The position numbers and the translations under genes were made by a program. The notes under the pieces were generated by a model, which saw only the letters and a program-made list of their open reading frames with translations, made no database searches and was not told where the DNA came from. Below are positions 39,697 through 50,255 of a DNA stretch of 64,000 bases, piece by piece; position 1 is the stretch's first letter, and each line of letters opens with the position of its first letter. This DNA is from Rummeliibacillus sp. (GTDB taxonomy: Bacteria; Bacillota; Bacilli; Bacillales_A; Planococcaceae). The DNA is taken from contig DATMJF010000573.1 in assembly GCA_035554455.1 (NCBI GenBank), positions 1,417 through 65,416 of the forward strand. Direction: 5' to 3'.

Positions 39697-40767
39697 TTAT
39701 AAATCCTCGCCTTCAATAGAAATATTTTGGCGTTCAGTTACAAATTGTTTACCATTCCATTGTAATACATTCTGTACATAACCTAAGCCATCTGCATGAT
39801 ATCTACCAGCAATCTTTTGAAACGCTAGAAGTTCATACGTGCCATCACGATCAAAATCAATAGGATAAAGACCTCCTATTGGGTCAACCCATCCTTTAAT
39901 AGGGGCTTTTAATGTACCATCTAGTTTATAAATTTCGGATAAGTATTCCTTACCTTTATAGCGTATGTCCAAAATATATCGCTTTTTTGGTGATAAGCTA
40001 ATCACCTGAACTTTATAAAAATCCTCGTAATTGACGGAGTATTTTGATTGTCGCTGATAGGTTTCACCATCGAAAATTTGAACCGTCTTTCCATTTATAT
40101 AGGAGTAAATATCAGTATTTATTATGCCACCACTTCCGCCTGTATCTATGGTGATTAATATGTCCTTTACATGGTTACCTGTAAAATCACCAAGGAAAAT
40201 TGACGGGTTATAACCGCTATTTTCTTTCAGAGGGATATTTTCGTAGGCATTTTTTGAATGCTGAAAAATAACGAGATTAATATTTTGCCAAAAAGGGCTG
40301 TCGGGTTGTTTCGTACCTGTAAGGTAGATCGTATCAATAGTACCATCGCCAGTTACATCTCCATAACTCTTCGTAATGACGACTTGCGGAGAGTCTACCG
40401 GAAGTCGTTCAAATCCGTCAGGGGTCCATGATAAATAATCTAGGTATGATGGTAAATGTTTTGTTTTCCATTCGATTACTAATACTTTTTTGGTACGATG
40501 ATCAAGTCTTATCGCATGTAGCCCAGCAATTGTATGCTCGTCTATTTTCAGATGAACGAGTGGCTGCCATTGAAAATTTACTTGTTTGAGCAAAAGAAGA
40601 AAGGTATCGCCTTGATAGATGTATGCACTGACTAATTCCTCTACAGAATCGCCATCCACATCAACATGTTGAATAAGAGCTCCTTTTTGTGGTAATTCTA
40701 AAATGGAAGCGGTTGGAGGCAAAAAATACCGAATAAATTGCAAATCATTATTAATAAAGGATCCCAC
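39697..40767 (-). CDS. FG-GAP/VCBS-like repeat protein
   Basis: Repeated D.(T/D)GDG..D-type segments (DVDGDSVEEL, DVTGDGTIDTIY, GDFTGNHVKDIL, DFDRDGTYELL). Start uncertain. Confidence 0.55.
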   Translation of the reverse strand: MGSFINNDLQFIRYFLPPTASILELPQKGALIQHVDVDGDSVEELVSAYIYQGDTFLLLLKQVNFQWQPLVHLKIDEHTIAGLHAIRLDHRTKKVLVIEWKTKHLPSYLDYLSWTPDGFERLPVDSPQVVITKSYGDVTGDGTIDTIYLTGTKQPDSPFWQNINLVIFQHSKNAYENIPLKENSGYNPSIFLGDFTGNHVKDILITIDTGGSGGIINTDIYSYINGKTVQIFDGETYQRQSKYSVNYEDFYKVQVISLSPKKRYILDIRYKGKEYLSEIYKLDGTLKAPIKGWVDPIGGLYPIDFDRDGTYELLAFQKIAGRYHADGLGYVQNVLQWNGKQFVTERQNISIEGEDL

Positions 40768-40865
40768 CTTTTTTATATAAATCTATGCTAGGAAGGAATT
40801 TATATGAAAGAGGTCGAAATAATTAATAAGCATTAGGTATTTACACATTCAGGAGGAAAATGCAA

Positions 40866-41243
40866 ATGATACAGCAATTAGGACAAGTCATGATTTATGT
40901 AGACAATCAGGACGCAGCAAAAAGTTTTTGGACAGAGAAAGTAGGATTTACGGTTCGTTCTGAAGTGAATAATGGGCAATTTCGAATGATTGAGATTGCA
41001 CCCACAAGAGATGCTGAAACAACCTTCGTTTTGCAAAATAAGCAACTGGTTGCGCAGATGGAGCCAAACTTAAACTTAGGAACACCTTCTTTAATGTTTT
41101 TTACAGATGATGTTGAAAGTTTATATGAAGAATTTAAAGCAAAAGAAATTACAGTAGGGGATTTAGTAGAGATACCTAGTGGAAAAGTGTTCAACTTTGC
41201 GGATGATGAAAATAATTATTTTGCAGTGATGGAGAAAAAATAA
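40866..41243 (+). CDS. VOC (glyoxalase/bleomycin-resistance) family protein
   Basis: About 125-aa single VOC fold by eye. ATG 40866 lies 9 nt after AGGAGG (ATG 40860 is an alternative). Confidence 0.75.
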   Translation: MIQQLGQVMIYVDNQDAAKSFWTEKVGFTVRSEVNNGQFRMIEIAPTRDAETTFVLQNKQLVAQMEPNLNLGTPSLMFFTDDVESLYEEFKAKEITVGDLVEIPSGKVFNFADDENNYFAVMEKK

Positions 41244-41288
41244 AAGTGGTTATAAATATTTACTTTATTAATAGAAGGAGTGTAATCA

Positions 41289-41723
41289 ATGACAGTAAAT
41301 GCATATTTAATTTTTAACGGGAATGCTCGTGAAGCAGTGGAGTTTTATGGTAAAGCTTTTCAAACAGAAAAGCCTCAAATTATGACATTTGGTGATGCTG
41401 ACAATGATCCAAATTCTCAATTACCAGAGGAAGCAAAAGATTTAGTTATGCATGCCAATATTAAAGTTAGTGGCAGTGATATTATGTTCTCTGATACATT
41501 TCCAGGAAATCCATATACAGTTGGAAATAATATCACATTAGCAGTGGTAAGCGATGATGAAGCTTATATTCGATCATCATTCAATGTATTGCAGGATGGT
41601 GGAGAAGTGATGATGGAGTTGCAAAAGACATTTTGGAGTCCATGCTATGGAAGCGTAAGAGATCGATTTGGTGTGGAATGGCAGTTTAATTTAGATGATG
41701 GAACAGTTTTCCAGCCAGAATAG
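41289..41723 (+). CDS. VOC-family protein, PhnB/YjdN-like
   Basis: N-terminus VNAYLIFNGNAREAVEFYGKAF and C-terminal WSPCYGSVRDRFGVEW are typical of this family. Confidence 0.8.
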   Translation: MTVNAYLIFNGNAREAVEFYGKAFQTEKPQIMTFGDADNDPNSQLPEEAKDLVMHANIKVSGSDIMFSDTFPGNPYTVGNNITLAVVSDDEAYIRSSFNVLQDGGEVMMELQKTFWSPCYGSVRDRFGVEWQFNLDDGTVFQPE

Positions 41724-41820
41724 ACAAAAGATTTGAAGGATGTAACTGTTTTTCTATAAATTAAAAAGCATCTATTATTTATAGAGGCAATTTTAGTTAC
41801 TTAAAATATAAATTGAAGGA

Positions 41821-41868
41821 AAACAGCTCTAGGGTAGTTTATAAAACTACACTTAGAGCTGTTTTTTA
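41821..41868. terminator. Bidirectional terminator between the PhnB-like gene and the MCP gene
   Basis: AAACAGCTCTA...TAGAGCTGTTTTTT. Confidence 0.8.
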
Positions 41869-43830
41869 TTATTTCGTTTTAAATTGTTGAACAACATCTT
41901 GCAATTCTTCAGACATGTTCAGTAATTGTGCGGCAGATGCTTCCATGGCTTCCATTGAGGATAGTGTTTCTTCTGTAGAAGCAGATACTTCTTCGGAAGC
42001 CGCAGCATTATCTTTGGCATGGTCATTTAGCATATTGGCAGTAGCCGCCATTTCTTGGATGGATGCAGATATTTGTTGAGATGTCGCAGAAACATTCTCG
42101 ATTTTTGGTGTAATGTCACGCATGCTCGAAATAATCGCTTTAAATTTTGCAGCTGTATTTTGAGAAATGGTAATACCTTCCTGTACGTTTTCTAATGTTT
42201 GAATCATCGTTTTTACAGCTTCTCCAGAATCCTGTTGAACCGTAGTAATTAGTGAGGCAATCTTCGCAGCTGATTCTTGGGAGCTTTCGGCAAGTTTCCG
42301 TACTTCATCTGCAACAACAGCAAAGCCTTTACCGTGTTCGCCAGCACGAGCAGCCTCAATCGATGCATTGAGGGCCAGTAAATTTGTTTGACCTGCAATA
42401 TCGCCAATGATATCTAAAATTGCCCCAATTTCTTTTGTGCGATCATATAAAGCCTTAATTTTGGCATCAGATGTTGTTACAAATTGATGGATTGAATCCA
42501 TTTGAGATACTGTCTGTTTAATGAATTGTTCACCGTCTTCAGCTTGTTTTGTTGCATGAACAGATAGAGAAGATACTTCAGAAGCTTCTTCTGCTATAAC
42601 TGTGATACCATCCGCAATTTCCTCTACAGAATTTGCATTTTGTTCGATATTATTAGTTTGCTGTTCTGTATTTATTGTCACTTGTTGCATTGCAGCTGCA
42701 ATTTGCTGTGCTGCAGCAATGTTTTGGCTAGCGCTTGCAGATAATTCTTCAGATGAAGAACGAACGAGTGATGTACTACTATTTACTTTTTGAATTAAAG
42801 AAGAAAGATTGTTTTTCATAGTGTTAAATGATTTAGCAAGTTCTCCAATTTCATCATTTGAATGAATAGCAATTTCCTCTGTTAAGTCACCAGCTCCCAA
42901 TCTATGTGCATTTGCTTTTAATTTGTCGATTGGCTTTATAATTGAACGAACAATGAATAGGATTAAAATGCTACCAATAACGATGAAAATGATTTCTACA
43001 ATTAGTTCAATATTTAATGTCGCTTCAGCATCTTTTGTTGCTTCAGATTTAAATGTTGTACCAACTATTTTCCAGCCAGTTTCATTATTAGTCTGATATA
43101 GTATTTTTTGATCTTTGTAATCTGTTTGACCCGATGATTTAGAGAAAACTTGTTTGATGTATGATTCTTTTGCAGCGTTTCCACTCTTAATATGAGGATG
43201 CGAAATATAGTTTCCATTTTTATCAACTAATGAAACATAGCCTAATTTACCAATTTTAACCTTATTGGCGATTTCCTCTAGTTTATCAATAGCAATATCA
43301 ACACCGACCACTCCGGATCCGTCTGCTAGTTTCTTTGAAATTGTAATTACTAAATTACCACTAGTAGAGGAAATATAAGGCTCAGTAATTACAACATCAC
43401 CATTACTTTGAAGCGCTTCTTTATACCATGGGCGCTCGCGTGGATCATAATCCTTTGGATACTCGAAGTAAGGCATACGGATCATCTTCCCTTTAGCTGT
43501 ACCTACATAAGCCATTGAAGCTTCAGGATGTTCATTGACATATTGATCTAATACTTTTCGGAGGGTTGAATTCTTTGAAGTATCTAATAATGATGACGTG
43601 ACTTTTTTAGATAAATACCCTACATCATGAGTTTTGGGTTGGATTGTATCTGTAATATTTGAATTTAATAGATCAACCATTGATTTTGCACTATTAACCT
43701 GTTCGAATTCAATTTGTTTTTTTGTACTTTCATATGAAATTGCCCCAAGAATAATAGAAGGAATTACTAAAATTAGTAAAAATGCACTGAATAATTTTGT
43801 ACGGAGATTCAATTTTAGAAATTTTTTCAA
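41869..43830 (-). CDS. Methyl-accepting chemotaxis protein (dCache-like sensor, HAMP, MA domain)
   Basis: Two TM helices flank a sensor of about 250 aa. Conserved hairpin tip [38 protein letters not shown]. Confidence 0.9.
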   Translation of the reverse strand: MKKFLKLNLRTKLFSAFLLILVIPSIILGAISYESTKKQIEFEQVNSAKSMVDLLNSNITDTIQPKTHDVGYLSKKVTSSLLDTSKNSTLRKVLDQYVNEHPEASMAYVGTAKGKMIRMPYFEYPKDYDPRERPWYKEALQSNGDVVITEPYISSTSGNLVITISKKLADGSGVVGVDIAIDKLEEIANKVKIGKLGYVSLVDKNGNYISHPHIKSGNAAKESYIKQVFSKSSGQTDYKDQKILYQTNNETGWKIVGTTFKSEATKDAEATLNIELIVEIIFIVIGSILILFIVRSIIKPIDKLKANAHRLGAGDLTEEIAIHSNDEIGELAKSFNTMKNNLSSLIQKVNSSTSLVRSSSEELSASASQNIAAAQQIAAAMQQVTINTEQQTNNIEQNANSVEEIADGITVIAEEASEVSSLSVHATKQAEDGEQFIKQTVSQMDSIHQFVTTSDAKIKALYDRTKEIGAILDIIGDIAGQTNLLALNASIEAARAGEHGKGFAVVADEVRKLAESSQESAAKIASLITTVQQDSGEAVKTMIQTLENVQEGITISQNTAAKFKAIISSMRDITPKIENVSATSQQISASIQEMAATANMLNDHAKDNAAASEEVSASTEETLSSMEAMEASAAQLLNMSEELQDVVQQFKTK

Positions 43831-44075
43831 TTAAAGATACCTCGCTACGTCGGATTAGTTTTAGTATTTCTCTGCCATTTTGAATCATGTCTACACACTA
43901 AATTATGGTTTGAACATAAATAATTTATAGTAGTAATTAATGATTCAAACGATTGAGATGGATGGGTCAATTTTATCACATTTTAGATAAAATTAATTAT
44001 AAATAATCCAAAATGGTGGAAAAAAGATAAAATTATATCAACACTAATATGATAGTTTGAAATATTCAGGTAATA

Positions 44076-44118
44076 ATAAAAAGCTACACCGCCAATTGTA
44101 ATAATTGACGATGTAGCT
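44076..44118 (-). terminator. guaC terminator
   Basis: 15-bp stem, perfect with two G-U pairs when read on the minus strand, followed by a T-run. Confidence 0.75.
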
Positions 44119-44142
44119 CTAATAGGTATGAAATGGTGTTTC

Positions 44143-45126
44143 CTAGTACACCTTATCTCCATTGAAAATAGAGTTTTTCACGACTACATAATCTACATTA
44201 CGAATCGCATCAAGTTTCGTACCACCGGAATATGAAATAGAAGATTGAAGATCTTGTTCCATTTCAATAAGAGTATCACTTAAATGACCTTTATGTTCCA
44301 CGTGCATTTTTTTACCTTCGACGTTTTTCTTTTCGCCTTTTTGGAATTCAGATGCAGAACCAAAGTATTCTTTATATAATTTACCGTCGATTTCAATTGT
44401 TTTACCTGGTGATTCTTCATGACCTGCAAATAGAGAGCCAATCATGACCATTGTTGCGCCGAAGCGAACTGATTTTGCAATATCACCATTTGTACGAATA
44501 CCGCCATCTGCAATAATTGGTTTTGTTGCAGCTTTTGAACACCAGCGAAGTGCAGCTAATTGCCAGCCGCCTGTACCAAAGCCGGTTTTAATTTTAGTGA
44601 TACATACTTTACCAGGTCCGATTCCAACTTTTGTAGCGTCTGCGCCTGCATTTTCGAGTTCGCGTACAGCTTCAGGTGTACCAACATTACCTGCAATAAC
44701 AAAAGTGGTTGGGATTAATCTTTTAATATGTTGAATCATGTTAATTACGGCATTTGAATGACCGTGAGCGATATCAATTGTAATATAATCTGGTGTTAAA
44801 TTTGCTTTAGCTAAATCTTCGATAAAAGTGTACTCTTCAGATTTTACACCGACACTAATAGAAGCAATTAAGCCGCGATTTTGCATATCTTTTACAAAAT
44901 CTGCACGTTTTTCAGGATTGAAGCGGTGCATAATATAGAAGTAACCATTTTCAGCTAATTTAATTGCAATACTTTCATCTATAATTGTTTGCATATTTGC
45001 AGGAACAACAGGAAGTCTAAATTTGTGACCGCCAAGCATTACGCTTGTATCACATTCAGAGCGACTATTAACAATACATTTTGCGGGAATTAATTGAATA
45101 TCTTCGTAATCGAATACATTATCCAT
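44143..45126 (-). CDS. guaC: GMP reductase
   Basis: (M)[26 protein letters not shown]... and [11 protein letters not shown] motifs. ATG 45126 after AGGAGTG. Confidence 0.93.
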   Translation of the reverse strand: MDNVFDYEDIQLIPAKCIVNSRSECDTSVMLGGHKFRLPVVPANMQTIIDESIAIKLAENGYFYIMHRFNPEKRADFVKDMQNRGLIASISVGVKSEEYTFIEDLAKANLTPDYITIDIAHGHSNAVINMIQHIKRLIPTTFVIAGNVGTPEAVRELENAGADATKVGIGPGKVCITKIKTGFGTGGWQLAALRWCSKAATKPIIADGGIRTNGDIAKSVRFGATMVMIGSLFAGHEESPGKTIEIDGKLYKEYFGSASEFQKGEKKNVEGKKMHVEHKGHLSDTLIEMEQDLQSSISYSGGTKLDAIRNVDYVVVKNSIFNGDKVY

Positions 45127-45139
45127 TAAACACACTCCT

Positions 45140-45184
45140 AAAAACGAATATTATTTTTTTATAAATAGAAAATGTTCGTCCTTT
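45140..45184 (-). promoter_or_regulatory. Inverted PurBox-like pair at the guaC promoter/leader
   Basis: AAAAACGAATATT (45140-45152) and AATGTTCGTCC (45171-45181). CGAAT and GTTCG cores are 24 nt apart. Confidence 0.5.
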
Positions 45185-45187
45185 GGT

Positions 45188-45216
45188 AATTTACATTATT
45201 TTCGCCACAATGTCAA
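45188..45216 (-). promoter_or_regulatory. guaC SigA-type promoter
   Basis: Minus strand: TTGACA (45216-45211), 17 nt, TAAATT (45193-45188). Confidence 0.6.
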
Positions 45217-45240
45217 AAACTTTTCTTAGATTTATATATT

Positions 45241-45508
45241 TGAATCAATTTCATAATGCAAAATTCATATAAAGAATACAAACATTTAATGATATCCAAC
45301 TTTGTTCATTTCATTGTGGAGCGAAAGACGGCGACTCCTACGGGAAAAGCTTGAGCTGAAAGCCCCGCAGGAACGTAGTGACGAGGAGATTGAAGCCAAG
45401 CCCCGTGGAAAGCGCCGTCTGTAGCGGAACATCCAAATCTGAATATGGAAAAGTTGTGTTGAAATGTCCGTATTTAATAACCGAAAATAGATTTATGAAA
45501 TTGATTCA
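45241..45508 (+). repeat. GC-rich palindromic repeat, copy B, embedded in a 268-bp imperfect palindrome
   Basis: Perfect 16-bp inverted repeat TGAATCAATTTCATAA (45241-45256) / TTATGAAATTGATTCA (45493-45508). Inner arms AGACGGCG 45326-45333 / CGCCGTCT 45413-45420. GC-rich core about 45317-45430. Confidence 0.75.
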
Positions 45509-45759
45509 TTTAAGTAAAATTAAATACAAAAATGCTAATAAAATAGAATGAGGATCCGTATTAAAAAGAAGTAAGCTCTGAAGGATGAGATATTTTAATG
45601 TCAAAACAACTTAAGACGAACTAACATATTTATGTTAAAATCAGGTTTTAAGGGCTATAGGAAAAAACGAGACAACTAAGCTATTTCCTACTTTTACATA
45701 AACATTAAAATAATAAATTTCGATATATATTAAAAGAGATTAATGAGAGGAAGCAACTG

Positions 45760-47217
45760 ATGAAAAATTGGGAATTTGTATTGAGAGACTATATCATTGG
45801 ACGACCAGTTATTACGATTGAATATGATGAGGATGATTCTACAGTAGGCGAAATTATAGACGCTAATAGAGGGTTAGTATATGGTCATATAGAGTTATCA
45901 GATGAAGGGAAACTAACTTCATTTATGGTTGATCTAGATGAGATTATGGAAAACAATGATGTTTCACTAGATGAATATGAAGAATTGACACCTGATGAAA
46001 TAATCGGTTGTGCAGAAGATTTCGCACAAGAATTTTGCCGTGATAACCTACATTTTAACATGATGACAGAATGGAATGGGGAATCTTATTTAATCGTTTT
46101 TGAGGCAAAAGATGTTGCGCTTAATCTATTTTTGCCTAATTCAGGTGCAACAATTGAAATTAATAAGCAAGGATTTATTATTTCAGCAACACTTTTCCAA
46201 TCATATTATCAATTATCATATCCAGATATTGAAATTTCAGCTGATGATGCAAGAGATATTTTATGCCAATATCCTTTGGTAGAGCTTGGGATTTATGAAG
46301 ATAATGGTGAAATGAAGCTTGTCTATTATCCAAAGCGTGAGTATATGGCAGTCCATGTAGATGGGCATATTGTAACTGCAGGAGATTTTTTGGAAGAGCA
46401 ATATGTAGAGGCAAAAACATTTGGAAAAGTAACAGTTACTGAAACAAGAGAAAGTTTATTGGGCGTTACCAATGATATGCATTTGGTAGAAAATGAATCT
46501 GGGCGTTATTGGTATAAAGCAGAAGATGATATAGAACTGGCTGAATCGATTATTAGAATTGAACATTCGGATGAAATTCAAATGGATTATGAATCATCTG
46601 TAGATTGGGAAGAATTAGAAGAAGAGTTACCTGAAAAAGTTTTAGAAGAAAAAGCAAAAATGTTCTTAGAAGCAGCTGTTGGCAATATTCACGAGAAATA
46701 TTTACTCGAAGATCAGCTAGAAGATGATGATGATTTCGATATTATAAGCGAAGAGGATTTATCAGAAGAGGAACGACAATTCTTTGAAGAACTTGAAATG
46801 ATGGAAGACGAAGAAGAAGACTTTGATGAAGAAGATATTGACTTCGAACCTTTCACAACATTTACATTTATACGCCATCATAAAGGAATTCGCATTGAGG
46901 AATATTCTATACATGTAAACGTAGGCATATATACTGGTATTGTCCGTGATTGTACAATCATATTACCAAATGAGGAAGAATTAATTTCTATGGATATGAA
47001 CCCTGTATTGTCATTAGAACAAGCTGATGCACTATTCAAAGACCAATTACACATGAAGCTTGCCCGTACTTCTAGCTATGATGATGAAGACGAGGAAGTG
47101 ACAGTATACGGATTAGATTATGTCATGTATTTCTCTAGAAGAGATATTGAAAATATTGATGCAACAACAGGTGAAATCCAATATATTGATGCAGATATTT
47201 TGAAAGAGGGAGACTAA
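45760..47217 (+). CDS. Hypothetical highly acidic protein
   Basis: 485 aa with a long Asp/Glu tract (EDQLEDDDDFDIISEEDLSEEERQFFEELEMMEDEEEDFDEEDIDFE). No family recognised. Confidence 0.6.
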   Translation: MKNWEFVLRDYIIGRPVITIEYDEDDSTVGEIIDANRGLVYGHIELSDEGKLTSFMVDLDEIMENNDVSLDEYEELTPDEIIGCAEDFAQEFCRDNLHFNMMTEWNGESYLIVFEAKDVALNLFLPNSGATIEINKQGFIISATLFQSYYQLSYPDIEISADDARDILCQYPLVELGIYEDNGEMKLVYYPKREYMAVHVDGHIVTAGDFLEEQYVEAKTFGKVTVTETRESLLGVTNDMHLVENESGRYWYKAEDDIELAESIIRIEHSDEIQMDYESSVDWEELEEELPEKVLEEKAKMFLEAAVGNIHEKYLLEDQLEDDDDFDIISEEDLSEEERQFFEELEMMEDEEEDFDEEDIDFEPFTTFTFIRHHKGIRIEEYSIHVNVGIYTGIVRDCTIILPNEEELISMDMNPVLSLEQADALFKDQLHMKLARTSSYDDEDEEVTVYGLDYVMYFSRRDIENIDATTGEIQYIDADILKEGD

Positions 47218-47315
47218 TTATAGTCTGTATTTATAGCTGCGTATTTTATAATGGGGATAGCATGAAAAAGAAACTTGAAAAATATTTATTTTGTAAATAT
47301 TTTGATAATTTACAG

Positions 47316-47344
47316 TTGACATGAAAATACTAGTATTGTAGACT
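47316..47344 (+). promoter_or_regulatory. Promoter of the L-box leader
   Basis: TTGACA, 17 nt, TAGACT. Confidence 0.6.
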
Positions 47345-47374
47345 GTTCACAACAAGTAAATACGACCTCACTTA

Positions 47375-47562
47375 TATTTGTGAGGTAGAGGCGCGATATT
47401 TATTAGTTCTTAGCGGAGTTAGAGAAAGCGATGAAACTAGGAAGAAGGAAATGTTGCCGAAGTGTGTAATTGATCTCGACATTACATGCTGGGTCTGCAG
47501 TGAATAATTGCAGGACTGTCTCAATAAGCTACCTGGTTTATTGAGTTGAGCTATCTCATAAA
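47375..47562 (+). promoter_or_regulatory. Lysine riboswitch (L box) aptamer
   Basis: Conserved L-box segments in order: GGTAGAGGCGCG, GGAG..AGAAAG, GTTGCCGAAG, CTGGGTCTGCA...GCAGGACTGTC. P1 closure TTTGTGAG/CTCATAAA. Confidence 0.85.
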
Positions 47563-47597
47563 GGGATAAAGTAGAGGATTTAGGACTAGATATATTC

Positions 47598-47631
47598 TGG
47601 GACCTGAGTTCAACTCGGGTTCCTTTTTTTA
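47598..47631 (+). terminator. Riboswitch expression-platform terminator
   Basis: GGGACCTGAG TTCAA CTCGGGTTCC plus T7, 60 nt before the SBP start. Confidence 0.8.
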
Positions 47632-47689
47632 TAGTCTTTTTTCTTAATACACACATTTGAGGGATAACGTTTTCAAAGGAGAGGGAAAC

Positions 47690-48544
47690 ATGAAAAAAAC
47701 ATGGGCATTATTATCAAGTGTTTTATTGATGGCTATCCTAATATTAGCTGGATGCGGATCAAGCGATTCTAAAAAATCAGAATCATCAGGAAATAAAGAA
47801 GGCAAAGATACGTTTGCGGTGGGAATGGAGGCAGGGTACCCACCATTTAACTGGACACAATCAGATGATTCTAATGGTGCGGTTGCTATTCAAGGCAATG
47901 CAGAATACGCTGGTGGTTACGATGTACAAATTGCAAAGAAAATTGCTGACGGTTTAGGCAAAAAATTAGTAATTGTTAAAACGGAATGGGATGGTCTAGT
48001 CCCAGCATTAACTTCAGGTAAAATTGATGCCATTATCGCTGGTATGTCACCAACTGAAAAACGTAAAAAAACAATTGACTTCTCAGATATTTACTACAAA
48101 TCAAACTTAGTAATGGTTGTTAAAAAGGGTAGCAAATATGAAGGCGCAACTTCAATTGCGGACTTCAAAGGTGCTAAAGTAACAGCTCAATTAAACACAT
48201 TCCATTACACTGTCATCGATCAAATTGAAGGTGTTAATAAACAAACAGCAATGGATAATTTCCCAGCTATGCGTGTAGCTCTTGAATCAGGCAAAATTGA
48301 TGCTTATGTATCTGAAAAACCAGAAGCTGTATCTGCGTCAGCAGCTAACAACAAATTCGCAATGGTTGAATTCCCAGATGGTAAAGGCTTCAAAACATCA
48401 GAAGAAGATACTGCTATCGCTGTAGGTGTACAAAAAGGTAGTGACTTAACAGCTAAAATTAATGAAATCCTAAAAGGAATTTCCGAAGCAGATCGTGAAA
48501 AAATCATGGATGATGCAATTAAAAATCAACCAGCAGCTAAATAG
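47690..48544 (+). CDS. Amino acid ABC transporter substrate-binding lipoprotein
   Basis: Lipobox LAGCGSS and a type-3 SBP fold by eye. ATG 47690 after AAAGGAGAGGG. Downstream of the L-box. Confidence 0.9.
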   Translation: MKKTWALLSSVLLMAILILAGCGSSDSKKSESSGNKEGKDTFAVGMEAGYPPFNWTQSDDSNGAVAIQGNAEYAGGYDVQIAKKIADGLGKKLVIVKTEWDGLVPALTSGKIDAIIAGMSPTEKRKKTIDFSDIYYKSNLVMVVKKGSKYEGATSIADFKGAKVTAQLNTFHYTVIDQIEGVNKQTAMDNFPAMRVALESGKIDAYVSEKPEAVSASAANNKFAMVEFPDGKGFKTSEEDTAIAVGVQKGSDLTAKINEILKGISEADREKIMDDAIKNQPAAK

Positions 48545-48567
48545 TTTTTTAACTAACTTAAGCAGAG

Positions 48568-48605
48568 CTACCGATTGTGAATGATTGCGATTGGTAGTTC
48601 TTATT
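48568..48605 (+). terminator. Intra-operon hairpin after the SBP gene (possible partial terminator or stabiliser)
   Basis: CTACCGATT / GATTGGTAG stem followed by a T-rich tail. Confidence 0.4.
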
Positions 48606-48626
48606 GTGCTTTAAGGAGGAGTAATA

Positions 48627-49376
48627 ATGAGCTTAGAATGGTTTATCAATATCATTACAAATAACTGGCCGATGTTCTTACGAGGCGCTTGGATGACACT
48701 GGTTATTTCAACGATCGGGACTATTTTTGGCGCATTAATCGGCTTGATTATTGGCGTCATTAATACAATTCCAAAAGGTAAGAGCGGTGCAAAAAAATGG
48801 ATTTTAAAAATGATCAATATTATTTTATCGATTTATATTGAGTTTTTCCGTGGTACACCAATGATTGTGCAAGCGATGGTTGTCTACTACGGTTCTGATT
48901 TACTATTTGGGATCGATATGGACCGCACATTTGCTGCAATTTTTATTGTATCCATTAATACAGGCGCCTATATGGCTGAAATCGTACGTGGTGGAATTAT
49001 CGGTGTTGACCAAGGTCAATTCGAAGCCGCTCGTGCAATTGGTATGAATCACTGGCAAACAATGATTCATGTAGTCCTACCACAAGTAATGCGCAATATA
49101 TTACCAGCAACAGGTAATCAATATGTGATGAATATTAAAGATACATCGGTATTGAATGTAATTGGTGTAACTGAGCTATTCTTTCAAACGAAGTCAATTG
49201 CGGGGAACAACTTCCGATACTTCGAATCATTCTTTGTAGCATGTATCATTTACTTAGTTATGACGATAATCGTAACGCAAATTTTACGTTACTTTGAGCG
49301 TAAACTTGCAGGTGATGCAAATTATCAAATGCTAGATGAAACTGTGGTCATTCGTCGACCAGAGTCACCATTATAG
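48627..49376 (+). CDS. Amino acid ABC transporter permease (His/Glu/Gln/Arg/opine family)
   Basis: EAA-loop region (FEAARAIGMNHWQTMIHVVLPQ). Confidence 0.9.
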   Translation: MSLEWFINIITNNWPMFLRGAWMTLVISTIGTIFGALIGLIIGVINTIPKGKSGAKKWILKMINIILSIYIEFFRGTPMIVQAMVVYYGSDLLFGIDMDRTFAAIFIVSINTGAYMAEIVRGGIIGVDQGQFEAARAIGMNHWQTMIHVVLPQVMRNILPATGNQYVMNIKDTSVLNVIGVTELFFQTKSIAGNNFRYFESFFVACIIYLVMTIIVTQILRYFERKLAGDANYQMLDETVVIRRPESPL

Positions 49377-49397
49377 GGGTACAAAGGAGAGAAAACA

Positions 49398-50132
49398 ATG
49401 GAAACAATAATTGATATTCAACATCTCAGCAAATCCTTTGGTACGCATGAAGTGTTAAAAGATGTAAACTTTTCTGTAAAAAAAGGTGAAGTAGTATGTG
49501 TCATCGGTTCATCTGGTTCAGGAAAGTCAACGCTTTTACGTTGTATAAACCTACTAGAAACGCCAAGTGGCGGCGAAATTATTTATAAAGGTGAAAACAT
49601 TCTAGACAATAAACATAATATTAATGATTACCGTACACATTTAGGGATGGTGTTCCAACAATTTAATCTATTTAATAACTGTGACGTGTTAAATAATTGC
49701 ATTGTAGGCCAGACAAAAGTATTGAAACGCTCAAAAGAAGAAGCAAAAGAAGTGGCGATGAAATATTTAAAAATAGTTGGTATGGATCGTTATTTGAATG
49801 CCAGACCAAGTCAATTGTCAGGTGGTCAGAAACAACGTGTAGCAATTGCTAGAGCATTATCCATGCAACCAGATGCACTATTATTTGATGAACCAACATC
49901 AGCGCTCGATCCTGAGATGGTTGGGGAAGTATTAAAGGTTATGAAAGAATTAGCAAAATCAGGGCTTACGATGATTATCGTTACGCATGAAATGGAGTTT
50001 GCAAGAGAAGTTTCAGATCGCATCGTATTTATGGATAAAGGAGTTATTGTTGAAGATGGTGCACCAGATGAAGTATTCAACAATCCAAAGCACGAGCGAA
50101 CAAAAGCTTTCTTACAGCGTGCATTAAAATAA
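49398..50132 (+). CDS. Amino acid ABC transporter ATP-binding protein
   Basis: Walker [10 protein letters not shown], signature LSGGQKQR, Walker [12 protein letters not shown]. Confidence 0.93.
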   Translation: METIIDIQHLSKSFGTHEVLKDVNFSVKKGEVVCVIGSSGSGKSTLLRCINLLETPSGGEIIYKGENILDNKHNINDYRTHLGMVFQQFNLFNNCDVLNNCIVGQTKVLKRSKEEAKEVAMKYLKIVGMDRYLNARPSQLSGGQKQRVAIARALSMQPDALLFDEPTSALDPEMVGEVLKVMKELAKSGLTMIIVTHEMEFAREVSDRIVFMDKGVIVEDGAPDEVFNNPKHERTKAFLQRALK

Positions 50133-50138
50133 ATACTT

Positions 50139-50173
50139 AGCTGTCACCTCATTTTGAGGAGACAGCTTTTTTT
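50139..50173 (+). terminator. ABC operon terminator
   Basis: AGCTGTCACCTC / GAGGAGACAGCT stem plus T7. Confidence 0.85.
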
Positions 50174-50189
50174 AGAGTTGGGTAAGATT

Positions 50190-50227
50190 AAAAAAATCAG
50201 AAACGTTGTCTTAAAAACGTTTCTGAA
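50190..50227 (-). terminator. Pirin gene terminator
   Basis: TCAGAAACGTT / AACGTTTCTGA stem with T7 on the minus strand. Confidence 0.8.
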
Positions 50228-50255
50228 ATGTCAAAGGTATATTGTTTTATGGTGA

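Noticed and set aside
47372-47656. 94-aa minus-strand ORF
   Set aside because: It is fully explained by the lysine riboswitch and its terminator on the plus strand.
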